DNA of 64,000 nucleotides from Lama glama (taxonomy: Eukaryota): positions 55,614,001 through 55,678,000 of the forward strand of contig CM052821.1 of the NCBI GenBank assembly GCA_028534125.1, read 5' to 3'. Below, piece by piece: positions 60,526 through 64,000 of this stretch. The translations under genes and the position numbers were made by a program. The notes under the pieces are model-generated. The model was not told where the DNA came from. It did no database searches and worked only from the letters and a program-made list of their open reading frames with translations. Position 1 is the stretch's first letter. Each line of letters begins with the position of its first letter.

Positions 60526-63500
60526 GTAAGACCATGCCATGCTGCTTCTGCTCACAGACACTAAATGTGAGCTGTGGTGGCCTTGGGACGTCACTCTGAT
60601 GCACAATTATTCCAGTACTGAAATCTGCCGTTAAGTTTAGTTATTAATGACCACTAATAATAAGGAATAGCAGTCTTCTCATTGGTGCTAGCTTTAAGTC
60701 TAAATCCACGTGCTCAACTGCTGGAGAAATTAAGATGCAGTTACTATTATTAATATCTTCTTTCTCAAAATATATGAGGGGAAAGGTGATGCATTCAGGG
60801 AACGTGGCTTTGTGTTAATGGCCGTCAGAGCGCTGGCTTTAATGGTGGGGATGTCCATGGACCAGGTTAAGGTGATAGATAGTCAGTTGAATGTTTTGCT
60901 TACAAGCTGAAAACCGAATCTTCTTTAATTGCATTTCTGCAGCTTTGCATCACTTTTCTCCCTGATATACTAGTAGCATTTCATTTTATGGGAATATTAA
61001 TTACATGCAAAATAATTGGTTTATCGGGCGTTTAGTTTGGGTGACCTGTTTCTCTCTGAGGAATTTTTGTTTGTGTATTTTGTTTTCTGTTTATGTTACA
61101 GCAGGGAATATGCTTTACCCAGTTTATAGTTCAGTTTTCTTAAAAATTCTGACAATATATGTGCAGGATCTACTTTTTAATTCAGCTATGGATAAAAAAA
61201 TAAATAACCAAAGGAGGGATTTACTCTTCCGTGGTGACATTTTTGTTTAAAACTGGTGTTAATCTGGCTTTATGTGAAACTTCCCAACTTGGTACTGGGT
61301 TTTTCTGGGGTTGTGTCTTTAGCCATTTTGGTGTCTGGTCCGCTTCAGATCCTGCCGTTGTAATCAGGAGAGGAGGTTCCCCGAGGGCAGGTTATCCCCT
61401 GGGGTGAGGACTTACCCCCTCAGTCCCTGTCGGCCGCCCCACCCCTCACGGCCCCAGGGTTTCCCAGGCGGCCACTCCACTGTGACAGTTGACGGCCTGG
61501 CGCCCGGCCTGCAGCACCTCCCCGGGCGGGGAGGCCGGCTCCCAAGAGGGCTGGCGCTCTCGCCCCTCGTCTGGCACGGCGTGGAAATGTTCCTAATGGC
61601 CCCGGAACAGTAGGACCCCTGTCAGCAGACTTCAGAGCTGCTAATTGAAAGAAGCTCAGCTGAGATGTGATTAGAGAATTGATATTCCATGTTAAATAGA
61701 CCATTTAATTAATGTGGTAAATAAGTCTGCCTTAACGACTCTACCACCAACTTTCATTGTAAGGCCCAAGTGATCCTTAATGCCTCTGTCTGAATTACCA
61801 GCCAGTGAGGGTGAGGGACATGACCGTGATGTTAATTGTCCAGAGGAGAGAAAAGCGGGAGAAAATAGAATTTGTCCACGTGGTGCCTTCAGTGAAACTC
61901 AGAGGGACTCTCCTTGCCTTGCGGTAACCCCCGCCACATCCGCTCACGCACAGACACGTGCACACGTGTACACACACAAAGAACACACGTGTGCCCTGAG
62001 TGCATGTACAGTGTGGGTTGGAACCTTTGTGTAAAATGCACCTTTGACTCCTGACGGTGTTAGTAAGTGGACGTTTGTTTCTTTGGTCCTGGCTTTGCGA
62101 TGTCATTGGTGGGTGGAGAGTCTTTCAGATTGTCTCCCAAGCTGGGGAGCATTCATAGTATGGTCCAAGCCGGCCCTCATCATCTTGCGGGGTCCATGTC
62201 GGCTTAAGGTGCCCGGAGCACTGCCCCCCCATCTTCCAGGCAGAGGCGCGCCCGTTCACGCAGCCCTGCCCAGGGCGCCTGCGGCCGCGGGTGGGGACCT
62301 GTCAGCCCCTTTCGGCCAGTGCTGATTGGGCGTCTCCTGGCCTCTGCAGGCGGTGGGGATGCAGGTGGGTGAACTGAGCGTGGTTCCTGCCCCCTTGGAG
62401 CTTTTGGTGGTAGGAGAGAAGCCAGATTTTAAGCAAGTAATTATGAAGTTTAATTACAGCAGTTAGACATTCATGTTACTAAGAGGAAGTGTGAGTGCGC
62501 TGAGAACCCCCCGGGCTGGCTCCGTGGGGCCTTCCCGGACTCCAGGACCTTACAGCAGTGCCCTGTCTGATGAGAGAGCGCAGCAGGGGTGCAGCCTGGA
62601 GCGGGGGGCTCAGTGGGGTGGCCGGGCAGTGATGAGGGATGGCAGGTGGGGGCACTCGGGTGGGCCTGGGGGGCAGTGGGGAGCCTGGTAAGGCCTCCCG
62701 GCCGAGTCTCCAGGGGCGTGGGGGACCAGCAAGTGACATGCAGCTGAGAGTGACCCGCTCAGATGCTGCCCGTCCACGTCCGCTCCGGCCGCAGAGATCA
62801 CGGGGCTGTGGGGAACGCACGTGCGCGGACCACTGGGCCGGGGGTCTTCTGGTTTGCTGGGCTTTGCGGTAGGCAAGCCTCAGACGCTCTGCTAACTGAT
62901 GGTGCTGAGAATACGCGTTTTTCCTCCAGAGGGTAGAACTGGTCAAAGGGCTCTGTGGTTCGGATTCTTGAGCACCGTGGTGGCCCTTTCGGGTCAGCTC
63001 CCTGGTTGTGACATGACCGTCCAGACTGTCGGAGTGCAGGTGGCACTGGGCTCAGCCACGTGTGCGCCGCTTTCTGAACGCACACCTGCCTCAGCTCCCA
63101 GGGCGGGCTGTGTTACATTGTGATGTGCTTCCCCCCTTCTCAGCTGAGATACAGGAAGCAGCCCTGTTCCTTGATGGTGAGACACGCTGTCTGGGTGTGA
63201 GGTTCCTGCAGGAGTTTTTGCCGTGCACCCAGCTCCTGGGCTTCACGCCTGGGGCACAGCTTGGATGGGTGGGGCGTCCCAGGCAGGGAGCAGCCCTCTA
63301 AGCCACAGGGGCCCTAACTTTCAAGCGCTGGCATGTAGCAGCCCCTTAGCACCATGTGTTTTGACTTAAAAAGGACATGGGAAGTGAACGGTGGCTAACA
63401 CATTTGGGGCTCACAAACAGGATCAGACAAGGAGGGGCTGTTCCTTACAGCACCAGAGGGTTCGTATTCATCAGGAGGCTGGCCAGGATGGTCAAGGTCG

Positions 63501-64000
63501 CAGAAACAGCTTGCTGGGAGGGAAGATATGCTCAGAGAAGTGCCCTGGGAAGGTGGGGGGAGGAGGAGGCAGTGCGGCAGCCGTGACTGGTCTCCTCCAG
63601 GGGCGCCTCACCCCCCGGGGACAGGCATTGGTCCCACTGTTGAAGGACACAGCGTCCTCACATGTGCGTGCATGCATGCATCCCTGGGGCACAAACACAG
63701 ACACAGACACACACACACGCGCGCGCACGCACTGTCACCAGCAGTGCCAGCCACAGCCTCTCCAAATCCTCAACTCGCCTCCCAGTGGAGCCCGTGGTCT
63801 TGGGTGGGCCCTGCAGGTGCCCGCCGTCTCCCAGAGGAGGACGGTGGGGGAGGAGGTCAGGAGAGCGCTGTGACCTCAGGGCAGGGGTTGCCGTGTGCGA
63901 GTAAACATGGTCCTGTGGGCAGCACGGAAGCTTGGGGGCATGGAGCTTGGGAGGGCATCCCGTGCTCAGGGAAGGCGGTGGTGGAAGAGAACCCGGGGCC

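Larger units (their letters stand above)
1..64000 (+). other. TBC1D22A: Internal part of the TBC1D22A transcription unit; 1-35285 is the 3' part of a very long intron and 60526-64000 is the start of the next intron
   Basis: The four exons are colinear and in frame. No other TBC1D22A exon and no other gene were recognised. Confidence 0.9.

Overview
This window is mammalian genomic DNA, GC- and CpG-rich, almost certainly from a camelid (camel, alpaca or llama): it carries three tRNA-Ala-derived Vic-1-type SINEs and camelid-style L1 3' ends. It lies inside the TBC1D22A gene (Rab-GAP, Gyp1-like TBC domain) on the + strand. Four coding exons are present, of 71, 129, 63 and 115 nt (35286-35356, 41630-41758, 44946-45008, 60411-60525; probably exons 5-8 by recalled human numbering). 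They splice GT-AG into one open frame containing both catalytic motifs, IxxDxxR and YxQ. Everything else is intron: L1, L2, MIR, MLT1 and Vic-1 relics (several with target-site duplications and nesting), a 100-N assembly gap, CpG-rich patches, AT-rich homeobox-motif blocks and short repeats. The remaining six-frame ORFs look spurious. I find no evidence for a new multi-gene system. The best leads are splicing-level or genome-evolution hypotheses: a stop-free 378-nt exon circle, an L1 fragment inserted in the polypyrimidine tract of the 129-nt exon, a candidate poison exon, a NAGNAG acceptor, and strong local AT-to-GC drift of repeat copies. Repeat subfamily names and boundaries were recognised by eye and are approximate.
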